Assembly (NCBI GenBank): GCA_951406725.2 | Contig: OX597828.1 | Coordinates: 77,128,001 to 77,192,000, forward strand | Source of the DNA: Octopus vulgaris | Taxonomy: Eukaryota | DNA: 64,000 nt | Direction of reading: 5' to 3' | In this document: positions 40,780 to 54,483 of the stretch, one piece after another | Layout of the letters: the number at the start of each line of letters is the position of its first letter | Numbering within the stretch: the first letter of the stretch is position 1 | Program-made: the position numbers and the translations under genes | The notes under the pieces: generated by a model | Database searches by the model: none | The model's input: only the letters and a program-made list of their open reading frames with translations | Told to the model about the DNA's origin: nothing

Positions 40780-42030
40780 TGCAAAACGAATACATAAGCG
40801 TAAAACGAAAGATGCTCATCGACAAATGTATGCTTAAGAAAATCAGAAGGATCGAAAACGGAACACAAACAGAGAAATGCTTGGAGATTGTGTGGGAATG
40901 AGGAATGATCCTTTGAGGGAAAAGGCCTCATGCCTCACTACGAAACTTTTTTATGTAAAGTGGCACTCAACAATGTGCCCCCGGAAATAGATGCCAATTA
41001 TTATAGAATGATTTTAGAGGAGAACGGGGAAATATGAACATGTGATGTACTCCGAATTAAATGATAGATTTGTGGTTCGACACCTGGAAATGCAAGTCTA
41101 TACTAACAAGCAGAATAATAGATCGATCGACAGACGGAAAAGAGGAATTGCTCAAGGGTTACAAGTAGGATGGCCAGTCTCACTCAGAAAAGGAAATCAA
41201 CCCTGGATGGTCGAGCACGGGTGGTAAATATTTACATTGCCTCCCTAAAAACTCGTTGCCAGACAGTTTTATCTTACTTCAGTCAACTTTTGACCCGACT
41301 GGAGCGTTTACATTTCCGCCTCCTGTGTAAAAGAAGCGTTCAACTTGTTAGACTGTCTTTGTGTTGCCAGAAATCTCTGAAAGCAGGCCATAGCTGCTCA
41401 TGCGCAGACACATGATCGTTGTCCTCTACCAGTCTTTTGCAACGTGGTAGATAGAAGATGTAGGTTAGCAATATACGTATAGAAACTTCAGCGGTGGGTA
41501 AGAGCAAAACTTTAAGTGTAGACGTGAATGAAAAAGCTGGTTTGTTTTCGGCCTGGTACTTTCAGAAATCCGCAGCCTGCCGATGCTACCGAGAAGCATT
41601 GAAGGCTCGAGATAACATCTATAGACATGGAACAGTGACCAGACGGGACGCGTTGAGATGCGCGGAAGTCGATGAAACGGCTGAGCAAACGCTCGTGAAG
41701 TGTCCGAGCATTGCTAACTTGTGGAATTACGTCGAACAGCTGTTATTGCATGTTGGATGAATCCGACCATCGACCGAATCCATCGTGAGAATAGCCCCAC
41801 GATCCGCTTTTTATAAGGTAGGGTGGGGTGTTCCTCTGTCTAATGGATGTGATGGACACAGTTTTCTGGTAGATATCTTCCTCTTCCGTCAAGCCCTCAT
41901 CTACGTTTTCAAGTTCGCTTTGGAAATGAAACTGAGGGTGTCTGTGAATTTTTGAATTTGTGAAAAGATGGGTGACGGTGGCAAAAATGGTTAGAGTAAA
42001 TGGACCTACTCTAAGCATGGGCCTCAAGAT
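40780..42030 (+). pseudogene. Heavily decayed Tx1/L1-like LINE remnant
   Basis: 41494-41760 reads CRCYREALKARDNIYRHG...RCAEVDETAEQTLVKCPSIANLW (zf-RVT-like) and is homologous to 62562-62900. The left boundary is approximate. Confidence 0.7.
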
Positions 42031-42044
42031 TGAAGTACAACATG

Positions 42045-42192
42045 TCGCTGTGATGCTCCCCCATTACTTCTGCTCGTGATCAGCGATGCACATATCGTCA
42101 GTCACTCAGGGACATGCTCAACTGGTTAAGATCAAACAACTGACAAGCAAATCTGTGGTATTGAGCGGAATATTTGCTGTAGCCCGTCTTTA
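42045..42192 (-). mobile_element. Family E repeat fragment, inverted
   Basis: Reverse complement of 42530-42680. Confidence 0.85.
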
Positions 42193-42254
42193 TTCTTATT
42201 ACGACGGCGAGCTAGCAGAATCGATAGTACGAGGGGCAAAATGCTTAGCATTTC

Positions 42255-42335
<81 letters not shown>

Positions 42336-42357
42336 GTAATAATAATAATAATAATAA

Positions 42358-42998
42358 TGCCCTGATGCTTAGTGGCTGATGATATGTGCATCGCTGATCA
42401 CGAGCAGAAGTAATGGGGGAGCATCACAGCGACATGTTGTACTTCAATCTTGAGGCCCATGCAGTTGCTCTCATGGCTACAGATCTTAACTGATTGGAAG
42501 TGTTATCATGTACATTGTTTTGTCTTGGTATAAAAGATGGGCTACAGCAAATATTCCGCTCAATACCACAGATTTGCTTGTCAGTTGTTTGACCATAACC
42601 AGTTGAGCATGTCCCTTAGTGGCTGAAGATATGTGCATCTCTGATCATAAGCAGAAGTAGTGGGGGAGCATCATAGCCGTGCGTTGAAAGTAATTCTTTG
42701 GGTTTGAATAATTCACCTTTGGAAACATAGATGTCTCGTTCAACATCCTTAAACAACCCTTATTCAGGGACCATTTGAGCGGGACGTGTTACTCGACCGG
42801 AAGAAAATTCTAACTGGGCCCCACCTGCAACGTCATGTGCTGTTAATCGTGATATGAGATCACCATGTCGCGCACATATGGTTGTGACGCATGTGCCTGG
42901 TGTACCCTTATCAGACGGGTAGTTATGATGGGTATACAGGGCTTCGTATATTTTACCCAGTGTCACTTTGATGGCATGCACTGCTCTCTCACTCAATA

Positions 42999-43070
<72 letters not shown>
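42358..43070 (+). mobile_element. Family E repeat flanked by (AAT)n on both sides, with a 92-bp templated insert
   Basis: Matches 38665-39180, with (AAT)n upstream and downstream. Confidence 0.85.
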
Positions 43071-43072
<2 letters not shown>

Positions 43073-43547
43073 GAGAAGGAGGAGGAGGGCCATGATCATG
43101 ATCATGAATATGATGGTGATGATGCCAATGATGATTATTATCCTGATGATGAGGACAATGGTGATAATATTTGTTATATACACTATCACTAAGAAGCAAC
43201 TAAGACCTTTGATGATAACACCAACAATAGCGAACATTCAATTTCGTATAAGAAGCATTACACCGCCACACACACACGTACGCACGCACGCACGTACGCA
43301 TGCACGCACGCACACAGATAGATGTATGTAAGTATATATATATACATAACGATGGATGTATTCAATTTCAGTTTTTTATTTCGTTTTTATTATCGTGCAT
43401 GACCACAATAATGATATTTAATTTGTAATATTATATTAAGTATTTATATTTATTCCTTATGACCAGTTTAATTGCTGGTTGTCACTTGCTAAATAAATTA
43501 GACCAAATTATATCAGCGTGTGTATCTGTGTATATACGTATGTGTGT

Positions 43548-43850
43548 GTGGCTGTGTGGTAAGTAGCCTGCTTACCAACCATATGGTTCCGGGTTCAGTC
43601 CCACTGTGTGGTACCTGAAGCAAGTGTCTTCTACTATAGCCTCGGGCCGACCAAAGCCTTGTGAGTGAATTTGGTAGACGGAAACTGAGAGAAGCCCGTC
43701 GTATATATATATATGAGTGTATGTGTGTGTATGTGTGAGTGTTTGTGTGTATGTTTGTGTGTCCGTATTTGTCTCCACACAATCGCTTGACAACCGATGT
43801 TGGTGTGTTTACGTCCCCGTAACTTAGTGGTTCGGCATAAGTGACCATAA
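43548..43850 (+). mobile_element. SINE family A, 3'-truncated
   Basis: GTGGCTGTGTGGTAAG...GGGTTCAGTCCC head and body. Confidence 0.9.
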
Positions 43851-43859
43851 AGAATTCGT

Positions 43860-44280
43860 ATAGAGAGATATACAGGGAATATTGTGATATATAGCGATGT
43901 ATGAGGGGTTCTGTCCATAGATAATGATATATAATGATATGTACTGACTATAGTTCTCATATGACGTTGTCTATATATAGTCGTGTACAGTATATACTGG
44001 GGATTATTTCATATATGGAGATATATAGCAATATATAATGAGCATACACCAAATATAGTAATAGATATGGATTCCAACCCATAAGAAGTCTAGACCATAT
44101 AGCGATATATAGGGAGATGTAAGAAGCCTTGTATATATACGGCGATATATATTATATAGAAATTATATAAGTATTTCAATTCATAATTAGCGACACAGCG
44201 ACATATAAGGAGTCCACTTCATACCTATCGATATATTACGAATATAGTCAATATGTAGCGATATATAATATGTCCTGTCC
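43860..44280 (+). repeat. Degenerate minisatellite with core ATATAGCGATATATA
   Basis: At least 7 diverged occurrences of (A)TATAGCGAT(A/G)TAT at irregular spacing. Confidence 0.6.
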
Positions 44281-44289
44281 GTATGTATG

Positions 44290-44325
<36 letters not shown>

Positions 44326-44881
44326 AAGGTTAGTCAACAGAACGCTCTATTGACCCCAATACTGGACAGTACACTTTTATTGACCCTACGATAATAAAAA
44401 AGGTGGGGCAGAAAGATAAAATAATGTACGTGTCAAGTATTTCAATCGATATATCGATAATATCAGAAACATCGATCCAACCAATAATGTTCGGCCTTGT
44501 CAATGTGTTAGCGATCAATAGCCGACTGACTGTCCTTGATATTATACTAATCTGAAACTTGTAGATAACATTAGCATTTCAGTTTTTATCCAATTAATTT
44601 TAAATATGATCACGTAGTCTTCATTTATTTCTACATTAGGCCTCATCAAATATAATAAATTCAATTTAATTTAGTATTTATTAATTAATTAGAATGTTAT
44701 ATATTCGGCCAAACATTGCTTCAGACAGACAAATTACTGTATAACATGTTAATATATAATATCCTATGTTGAAGCGTGTAAAGGTGTATAGCTGACTATG
44801 TGAACATTTAATATGCAGTACTGAAGATTGAAGAGTTATGTATTGCATGTTGTGATGACGCTAGAACACGTGTAAAATAGA

Positions 44882-44935
<54 letters not shown>

Positions 44936-44938
<3 letters not shown>

Positions 44939-45245
44939 TGAGTGACAACCTGGCCACTGGTGGTGGTGCAACACACCATACTAATCATATCTGTCGGGCA
45001 TGTGGAAGAGAGTGTAATTCGGCAGGAGGACTTCAACGACATGCAAAGGTACATGAAGCGCAATTACAACTACAACCGGCTATTACCGGTAAAGGTATTA
45101 ATTGCCAATTCTGTACAAAACATTGTAGATCTTTAGCTGGGCTAAAAAAGTCACATTCGATCACAGCACCAGTAACAGTTAAGCTTCGTGCAATGGCCAT
45201 ACTCGATAACGAGGGGCAGCCATAATAATAATAATAATAATAATA
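44936..45245 (+). mobile_element. RTE-clade LINE 3' end (two C2H2 fingers plus (TAA)n tail)
   Basis: CRACGRECNSAGGLQRHAKVH and CQFCTKHCRSLAGLK..H, then a short 3' end GGCCATACTCGATAACGAGGGGCAGCC followed by (TAA)n. 5'-truncated at (TA)n. Confidence 0.75.
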
Positions 45246-45621
45246 TATATATATAGCGTGGTACCGAAGAGCTGTACACCTGTACATATATACAGATATA
45301 CGGCTGTGTATTTATATATATGTGTGTGTGTGTGTGTTTATGTTTGTGTGTGTGTGTGTGGTGCGTATATGTGTGTGTATAGATTTTTATACGAGAAAAT
45401 GGATTGAAGAGGGTTTATTACGAACCATTACACTTTCAAGGCATCGTTATCAGCTGTTAATTTCTGAAGGTTACTGAGTAATACAGAAATGATGCGTTAT
45501 ATTGTATTGATATGACACAGCACTAGCGGCACACGTTCGGGTGACCAGAATGAAAGCACACGGTGTATAATCTATAGACCTGAAGCTCGTAGAATTTTAT
45601 ATAATATATTGTGTAGCTATA

Positions 45622-46040
45622 TACTAGATTGAGGAAAAAGTTCGTGCACCGTGTTCAAATTATGATTTTTTTTATGCAAGACTTTATTCAAAAACAACAA
45701 CAACTATTCCTCAAAATAAAGAGCATCGATTTCCACGACCTTTGGCCAACGACCTGCAAGGTTTCGGATTTGGTCAAATTACCAACCCTTCGGCTTTGAA
45801 TGGAAAAATTTTTGACAGGCTTCTTCAACTTCATCCAATGATTCAAATCGGTGACCTAAAATGCTGCATTGACCGGAAGAGACCGTAGTCAGATGGAGCA
45901 ATGTCTGGACTATAGGCTGGATGTGGCAGAAATTCCACACCATCCAATTCTTCAATATTACTTGTATTTCTGACGGTTTGCGGCTTTGCACTGTCTTGTT
46001 GAAGCAAAACGCGTTTTCGACGAACAAGTCTTTTCAATAG
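45622..46040 (-). mobile_element. Mariner 3' fragment with terminal repeat
   Basis: LPHPAYSPDIAPSDYGLFRSMQHF, a frameshift, then GHRFESLDEVEEACQKFFHSKP...LAGRWPKVVEIDALYFEE. TIR-like TACTAGATTGAGGAAAAAGTTCGTGCAC at about 45622. Confidence 0.9.
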
Positions 46041-46770
46041 TGAGTCGCCATTGAACATGGCAGAAAATGAATGAACACACACCAGAAAAATATATATAAA
46101 AAAGCATTATTTTAATAAGACCTAGTGCTGAAGCTAGTATATGTAGATATAGGATGACGTCTCAATGTAAGGTATATCACTACAAAAGATAGTGGAGGGA
46201 TACACAACACGTGAGTGTGTATACAAAAGGGACATAATGTCTGACTGACTTACATCGTCCCAACTGTACTTGTTGAAAGAGGAACTGCTTCTCTATGTCG
46301 ATATTTCCACCCGATCTTTTTCATTACAGACAAACAAGTTCTAAACAAAAGAGACGTTCCATAATTGGAATTGTGCAGAAGGGTCAGTGTATATCATCGA
46401 CACCGGTATTGCTCTGCTACTTTATTTCATCGACCCCACTAAAATACCAAAGGCGAAGTCGACTTCGGCGCGATTGGAACTCAGAACGTAAAGAGCCGGA
46501 TGAATTATTATGCGGAATTTTTCCGACGCTCAAATGATTCTACCAGAAAATTTCTAGCACGCATATAAGGCCTGAAAGTTTTGGGGAAAGAAAATAGCTT
46601 GGATTTATATTGGCCCCATGAAGTCGATATCCTGACTTGATTTGAAAGTACAACTCCAGGGGTCACAACGAATTACCACAAAGTATTTTGTTCGACGCCC
46701 CATCGTTTTTATCGAACCACTCTGTTAATGTGTATTTTGTGTGTATGTATATGTGTAGGTATGTATTTAA

Positions 46771-46847
<77 letters not shown>

Positions 46848-47519
46848 CATGCATGCATGCATTAATCTATGCATGTATGTATATATGTATATATGTATGT
46901 ATGAATTGAATGTATGAGTGATTATATGTATGTATACGTATATATATATGTGTGTGTATATATATATATACATGAGTATATATGTATGTATATATGTATG
47001 AAGGAATGTATGTAAGTATGTAAGTATATATGTATGTATGCATGCATGTATGCCTGGATGTATGTTTGTGTGCATATGTGTATATATGCAACAGCAGATG
47101 CACACGTGGCAGAAAAAGGTAAATCCTGACCAAGTAGATCTAAAATGTATGGTAGTCCATCCGTGACCATCCCGACCCATTATTTATTCCTTTCGGTTAT
47201 AGTATTAGCGATGCCATTATGCCACCGACGAGTCACTCATGTGGAGAAAGACTTGAAGAATTCGAACGAGCTTCCAATATGTAAATAGGGAAACGAACGA
47301 TTTTGTTGGTTCCTGATGATGACCCCATCCATGACAGCTGTGGGAGCGGGAGGGAGAGGTAGAGTGAGGGAGGGAGGGAGGGAGGGGGAAAAGGGGCAGA
47401 ATTGGTTATTCTGTTCATATTGGTCCTTTCATCTCGGCGAGATAAAGTAAAGTGTACATAACAGCAGGTAACCTTGGAAACAAGGATACAATTTCCTGCT
47501 ATTTCTGTTCCCCGATCCA

Positions 47520-47917
47520 TTATCCTCCTCCTCCTCATCATCATCATCATCATCGTCAGCAATAACAACAGCAACAACAGCAATGCTATCACCATCATCA
47601 TCATCATCATCTTCATCATTGCCATCAACAACAACAGCAATGCTATCATCATCATCATCAACAACAACAGCAATGCTATCACCATCATCATCAACAACAA
47701 CAGCAATGCTATCCTCCTCCTCCTCCTCATCATCATCATCATGAACAGCAACAGCTATTGTCGTCGTCGTCGTCATCATGATTATAATTGCATGAAATTT
47801 GTTTCTCGTTTTCATCTAAATCATAAACAACGCTATCAACTTTTTAGCACTTTTCTACTACTACTGCTACTACTACTACTACTAATACTACCACCACCAC
47901 CACCACCACCACCACTG

Positions 47918-47969
<52 letters not shown>

Positions 47970-48095
47970 CACTAGTACTACTACTACTGCTACTACTACT
48001 ACTACCACCACTACTACTACTACTACTACTAGTACTACCACTACTACTACTACTAGTACTACCACTACTACTACTACTTCTACTGCTACTACCTG
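47520..48095. repeat. Compound trinucleotide tracts (CAT/AAC with repeated AACAGCAATGCTATC; CTA/CCA)
   Basis: Seen directly. Confidence 0.9.
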
Positions 48096-48865
48096 GGTCC
48101 TCCTTAGCTTCTTCGTTTGTCCCTCTTCCACTCTATTGTTTATAGTTTGACTTTAATCGGGTTTTATATCACCGCCATCATTACCACCGCCACCACCGCC
48201 ACCACCATCATCATCATTATCATGCCCATAGTCAACAGGTACCTCGTTCCCCACTGCCACCGCTATCATTCATCAGTATACCTCTCCCTCATCCCGCCAT
48301 CGCATTTTCCTATTTGGGCCATCATTCTAAATCTTTTGATCCAACTAACCAAACAGACGCGTGTGTTTGTTTTATCACAGAAAACCCTCGGTGAAGAGAC
48401 AACACCAATAACAATTAACGACGTTAACAGTAGCAACAACATCAACAACAACAACATCGACGGTAGCAACGACAATAACTGCAAAGACAACAAAGCCTTC
48501 AACAAAAGCAACAACCTCATTTACATAAACAACAACAGCACAAACAGCAACAAAAACAACAGCAAAAAAGCAGGAAGGAAGAACCTAGAACGCGAATTTA
48601 TTTACAACACACAGCAGCAACAAGAACAGTAACGAGCACAGCAGTAGCGACAACAACATCATCTGCGACAGATAGAACAACAGCGACAAGGATGATAACA
48701 ATCAGAACAACAACAACAACGGCTACAAAAAACTCTTCAGAAAAGCGTTAAATGAGACTTGTTCCCTGATCTTTAGCCGTGGTCTAACTTCGGGACACAT
48801 TTAGCAGTCTTTCTGTGGGCACCGTTTCTAGAGCACAGGCCAGGTAATGTTTTGTGGGCTCATGA

Positions 48866-49400
48866 CGAAGAAGAAGAAGGAGGAGAAGAAGAAGAAGAAG
48901 AAGAAGAAGAAGAAGAAGAAGAAGAAGAAGAAGAAAAAGGAGAAGAAGAAGAAGAAGGAGAAGAAGAAGAAGAAGAAGAAGAAGAAGAAGAAGAAGGAGA
49001 AGAAGAAGAAGAAGAAGAAGAAGAAGAAGAAGAAGAAGAAGAAGAAGAAGAAGAAGAAGCAGAAGAAGAAGAAGAAGAAGAAGAAGAAGAGAAGAAGAAG
49101 AAGAAGACGACGAAGAAGACGAAGAAGACGAAGAAGAAGAAGAAGAAGAAGAAGAAGAAGAAGAAGAAGAAGAAGAAGAAGAAGAAGACGAAGAAGACGA
49201 AGAAGAAGAAGGAGGAGGAGAAGAAGAAGAAGAAGAAGAAGACGACGAAGAAGACGAAGAAGACGAAGAAGAAGAAGAAGAAGAAGAAGAAGAAGAAGAA
49301 GAAGAAGAAGAAGAAGAAGAAGAAGACGAAGAAGACGAAGAAGAAGAAGAAGAAGAAGAAGAAGAAGAAGAAGAAGAAGAAGAAGAAGAAGAAGAAAGAA
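48866..49400. repeat. (GAA)n polypurine tract of about 530 bp with GAC/GGA variants
   Basis: Seen directly. Confidence 0.97.
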
Positions 49401-49684
49401 GTTAATGCTGCTAGCGGTTGCCATGTCCAACATGGTAAGCATGATTTTAATGGAGATCAGACGTCATCGTCAGAATCATCGTCGATGCCCTCGTCGTCCT
49501 CGCCGTCGCCAACAGCAGCATCAACTTCATATGGTTCGTCATAGACGTCATCATCATCATCATCATCACTATTAATATCATCATCATCATTATCGTCATC
49601 ATCATCACCATGCTCAGCAGCTGAAGGAGCGCCATCATCATCATCATCATCATCATCATCTAAATGAGGTTTTTAGTCAGTTTA

Positions 49685-49976
49685 ATTTGTTCCTTCTCGA
49701 GCCATGACTGGCTCATAAGGGCCGGTTTCCCGGTTTCCTTGGCGTATCGGTTCCCCACCTGGACGGGACGCCGCTCCGTCGCAGGTGAGCTGCAAGATGC
49801 AGGAGGAAAGAGTGAGAGAAATTTGTGGCGAAAGAGTCAGCAGAAGTTTCGCCATTACCTTCTGCCGGAGCCGCGTGGAGCTTAGGTGTTTCGCTCATAA
49901 ACACACACATCGCCCGGGCTGAGATTCGAACCCGCAATCCCTCGACCGCGAGTCCGCTAGGCCATGTGCCTCCACA
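49685..49976 (-). mobile_element. tRNA-derived SINE with a V-domain-like segment
   Basis: Minus-strand head GTGGAGGCACATGGCCTAG...GGGTTCGAATCTC and body CCTGCGACGGAGCGGCGTCCCGTCCAGGTGGGG, resembling the V-SINE domain (from recall). Confidence 0.75.
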
Positions 49977-50832
49977 GATGAGATAAATACAGGTAAGCAG
50001 TTACATTATCGTCATCGTCGTCGTCGTCGTCGTCGCCGTCATAGCTGGAATGTTCGAAGGACATATGTCCGAAAAGACTGTTTACTGTTGGTGATGGTGC
50101 TTCTGGCGGCGGCGGTGGCGCCGGTGGTTTTGATGCTGGTGTTGATGTTAGTGGAGCTGCTGGTGCTGGTGGTGGCTTGCGGGAGCGGTGGTGGGGAGCT
50201 ATTATAAATTAAAGTCGATATTATATCTGCATTATTTATATTATTTGTACAGAAGATAAATTATATAATAAGAATTATAAGAGTGATTGTCTTTTCTTTT
50301 CTTTTCTTTTCTTTTTCCTGCTTAACAACACGAAAAAGAAGTGATGTATTTTGAAGAATTCATTTTATTAATTTCGTTGATGTCAGTCAGTTCAGTTGCC
50401 ATTAAGCGAAGATTTCCAACACATCCTACCTCTGCCTTCCACTCCAAGATGCTCTCTTCACGTTTGCACTTATATGCACGGAAGTGTCCTTACAGCAAGG
50501 GAGAAGGATGACGCTAGATAAATTACTTGCTCGCCAGATACTCTCATACATCATGTTGAGGATATCGAAGAGGGAGAGTCTCTGCGGGATCATCCGCCAT
50601 GCTAGAAACTGCGACCGACTCACTCTCCAGTTATTTATAATCATAACTAATTAGAATCAAGCTAAACCTTGTCAGTGACACAGGCTACAACTAAACAATG
50701 CTAAGGCTTCTCGTGTATGTATTTATATATATATCTTCGTGTGTATGTGTGTATATGTATCTGTGCGTGTGCGCATGCGTGCATGTATATATATATGTAT
50801 ATATCTATCTATCTATTTATCTATATATATAT

Positions 50833-50873
<41 letters not shown>

Positions 50874-51016
50874 ATATATATATGCATATATATGTACATA
50901 TATATATACATACATATATACATCTATATATATATATATATATACATGCATATATATATATACATATATGTATATACATACATATATATATATATATACA
51001 TAAATACATACATATA

Positions 51017-51052
<36 letters not shown>

Positions 51053-51077
51053 CATATATATATATATACATATATGT

Positions 51078-51160
<83 letters not shown>

Positions 51161-51294
51161 CAAGATTACTCAGACAAATGCAGGCATACGTATATAGATA
51201 CAATGTATACGAGCGTATATAGGATAGTAAACTTGTATGAAGGTATATATATTATATATATATATATATATATACACACGCGCACACATACTAC

Positions 51295-51340
<46 letters not shown>

Positions 51341-51713
51341 TGCACATGCGTTTGTGTCTCTGTAGAATGTGTGTCTTCCCCGAGAAACTTCATAATTCAT
51401 AGCTAGCAATGGAGGCAAAACTCTGTTCTAAATATCTACTTGGACATCTTTCTTTGCAAAACTTTGGTTTACGCATGACAGCACAATTCGACAGTATCAA
51501 AACCAGCACAATTCTAAAGTGGATAATTTCTACCACAAGGCTGAACGTATGATAAGTTCCCAGTTTAGGAAACAGGGATGTAATACGGATTATTGCGTAA
51601 GGAGTGGAGAATTTATTGGTGACCGTAATACTTCTTGTATACAGACACACAGAGAAATACAAGCCCACATATATATTTACATAGACATATCTGTGTGCTT
51701 ACATATGCTTTTA

Positions 51714-51914
51714 TTTTTATTTGTTTCAGTCATTTGACTATGGCTATGCTGGAGCAACACCTTGAAGGGTTTTAATCGAACGAATCGAACCCATGTCTCA
51801 CTCTATGCAATCGTAGTACTTATTCTATCGGCCGAACCTCTATATTACAGGTATGTAAACACACTAACGTCGGTTGTCAAGCAATAGTGTGAGACACACA
51901 AACACACAAATATA

Positions 51915-51969
<55 letters not shown>

Positions 51970-52101
51970 CGTGCTTCTTTCCGTTTCCATCTACCAAGTC
52001 CACTCACAAGGCTTTGGTCGGCGCGAAGTTACAGTAGAAGACATTTGCCCAAGGCGATGGGATATAATCCGGAACCATTTCGTTGGGAAGCAAGACTTTT
52101 A
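51714..52101 (-). mobile_element. SINE family A, diverged
   Basis: Matches family A from tail to head. Confidence 0.85.
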
Positions 52102-52999
52102 CCACACAGCCATGCCTGCACCTATAAATACATCAAGTTAAGATAAACAGCCGCTAAGAGACAGAAACTAGGAACTGCTGCTGATTTTCGATAACACATT
52201 TGACGAGATCCGCGAGTATCATACAAAACAAATTCTTAATTCATTGCACATTTCATGAGATAACAGCCATGCATTATATGATTCTCTAGTAAATCATTCT
52301 AGGGACAATGAGCTTTTAGATATATCCCAATGACTCGGCTGGTTTAAGGATTCACAGCTTTCTCAGTTGTGGAATAAACACCTAACATTTCTGGATGTGT
52401 CACAGCAGTGTAAAACATTTGAAATTTTAGATTCCCAACTAGATATGAACTGTCAGCTGTAACATTAATATCTCCCATTTGTCCTCGTCTAATATGGAAT
52501 TCAAATCAATAAATTTTCATAGCTTGCTTTCTTCATTTTGTTTCCGTTTTAATATATTTTTAAATTTTTAATGACCGTATTATCGATTAGAATTGTTTTA
52601 ACACTAAAACAGACTAGAATTGATAATAAACACACACATAGAAGCACATATTAAAAACAAAAACCAAACTCAATGAGTTTTTACTATATTCTGTCAGGAA
52701 ACTGACCTAAGATGGCGGATATAAATCACTTGCATTTGGTTAAAATAAATAATATCAGTAATAAATAGACGGCAATATTCTTTTGTATCGTAGACACAAT
52801 ACATGCAATTAACATGGTTGTGGTGTGTGGGCAGTGATGTATAGTCGATTTAATTATTTATTTTTACACGAATTAGCTATAAGTTGACAAGCAGCTGCCC
52901 ATAACAAAAAATAAACGTTATCCTCGCACTACGGATCTGGTCGGATTACTTACAACTATATGAAATTCGAAAGAGACCCACTATAAACACAGGGAAATT

Positions 53000-53545
53000 A
53001 TTTCATCAACGCCGAAAGCATTAAGAGCAAAATCGACCTCGGTGGAAGATGAGCTTAGAATGTAGAGACGGACTAAATGCTGGTCAGTATTTTGTCCGGC
53101 GTGATAATGATTCTGCCAGCTCTCCGCCTTTAACAAATAAAATAATGACGATAGCAACAACTACAATAAGAATGATGATTAAGGCACAACTGGAGCAGTT
53201 TTGGAGGCTGAGAGCTAGGCGGTACCTCGATCTCAAAACTTGAGTGATATCGAGACTTATTGATCCCGGAGGAATAAAATACAATTTTGTCGTTGGCATG
53301 ATTTGATCTCAGAGCGTAAAGAACCGGAATAAATAGTGCAAGTAGTTTTATCGACACTCTAAGAATTCTCCCAATTCACGGCCCCAGGCACGGGGGTTAC
53401 TCACTATTAGCTCGATTTCAAATATAATTTAAATGCTATTTTATCGATCCAGAATTATGAAAGTCAAATCAACGGAATTTGAACTCAGAATATGCAATAA
53501 CGTAATGTATTTTGAGCGCTGTCGTCTCCATTCTGCCACTCCACA
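53000..53545 (-). mobile_element. Cluster of three old SINE family B fragments
   Basis: Repeated AAAATCGACCTCGG and GAATTTGAACTCAGAA motifs. Confidence 0.6.
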
Positions 53546-54040
53546 ATACTGAAACCAATTGTGGTAGGAACTGCCACAATGGAATTTAGAGAGCGATGCA
53601 GAAAGTAACAGTGAACCCCTTTCCTGTTCAAGGTTGTACCGAATCGATCACTACATCATGCTTCTCTCTCAGAATTATTAATATTAATGAAGACTGGCTC
53701 CCTTCAAAGACCATAAACTCAATCATTCAATCAATCAAACTATACTCGTTCCGTTTCCGGTGTTTAAAACAATCAACTTAAGCGCCATTAAAATAGTGTT
53801 GTTTATCTTTTAGTTGTGTATTTTGATGCCGGAGATAAAAAAAAAAAAAAGTAACAGAGAAGCTTTCGTCCATAAAAAAAAGGAATGGAAAAAAAGATTT
53901 TATTTCAACCAGTGATTCGAAATGATTTATTTCGCTTATAACTGTAAATATTTCAGGAAATGAATGAATGCTGTAACTTCCCGCTCCATTTTCCAATCGA
54001 GAATCGAACTTCCTTTATGCATAATTATTTATATATAGCT

Positions 54041-54435
54041 AACATGGCGGTGTGGTAAGAAATTTCCTTCCCGACTACGTGGATATGAGTCCAGTCCTAC
54101 TCTGTGGCGTCTTGGACAAGGGACTTCAACCGAAGCACAGGGTCGCCTAAAATCTTGTGTATATGTGTATGTCTTTGTGTGTGTGTGTTTATGTATGCGT
54201 ATGTGTGGGTCTGTGTGCGTGTTTGTCTTTATGTTTGTCTTTGTCCCCTACCACCGCTTGAAAACCACCTGTTGGTTTGTTTACATCCCCGTAACTTAGC
54301 AGTTCTGCAAAAAGAAACCGATATAATAAATATGAGGTTTTCAAAAAGAATAATTGCTTAACTACACCCTTGAAGGCAGTGCTCCAGCTTCGGCGCAATC
54401 CAATGACTGAAATACGTAAAAGATAAAAGATAAAA
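54041..54435 (+). mobile_element. SINE family A, diverged
   Basis: Head TGGCGGTGTGGTAAG, body and tail GACTGAAATACGTAAAAGATAAAAG. Confidence 0.8.
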
Positions 54436-54483
54436 TACATTTAATTCTGTCAACATTAAATACATTAACACTATTTAAAATAA

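Noticed and set aside
44938-45225. Possible host C2H2 zinc-finger gene exon
   Set aside because: The finger pattern, (TAA)n tail and 5' truncation fit an RTE LINE 3' end.
48828-49575. Poly-K/R/E ORFs longer than 200 aa
   Set aside because: They are the (GAA)n tract read in several frames.
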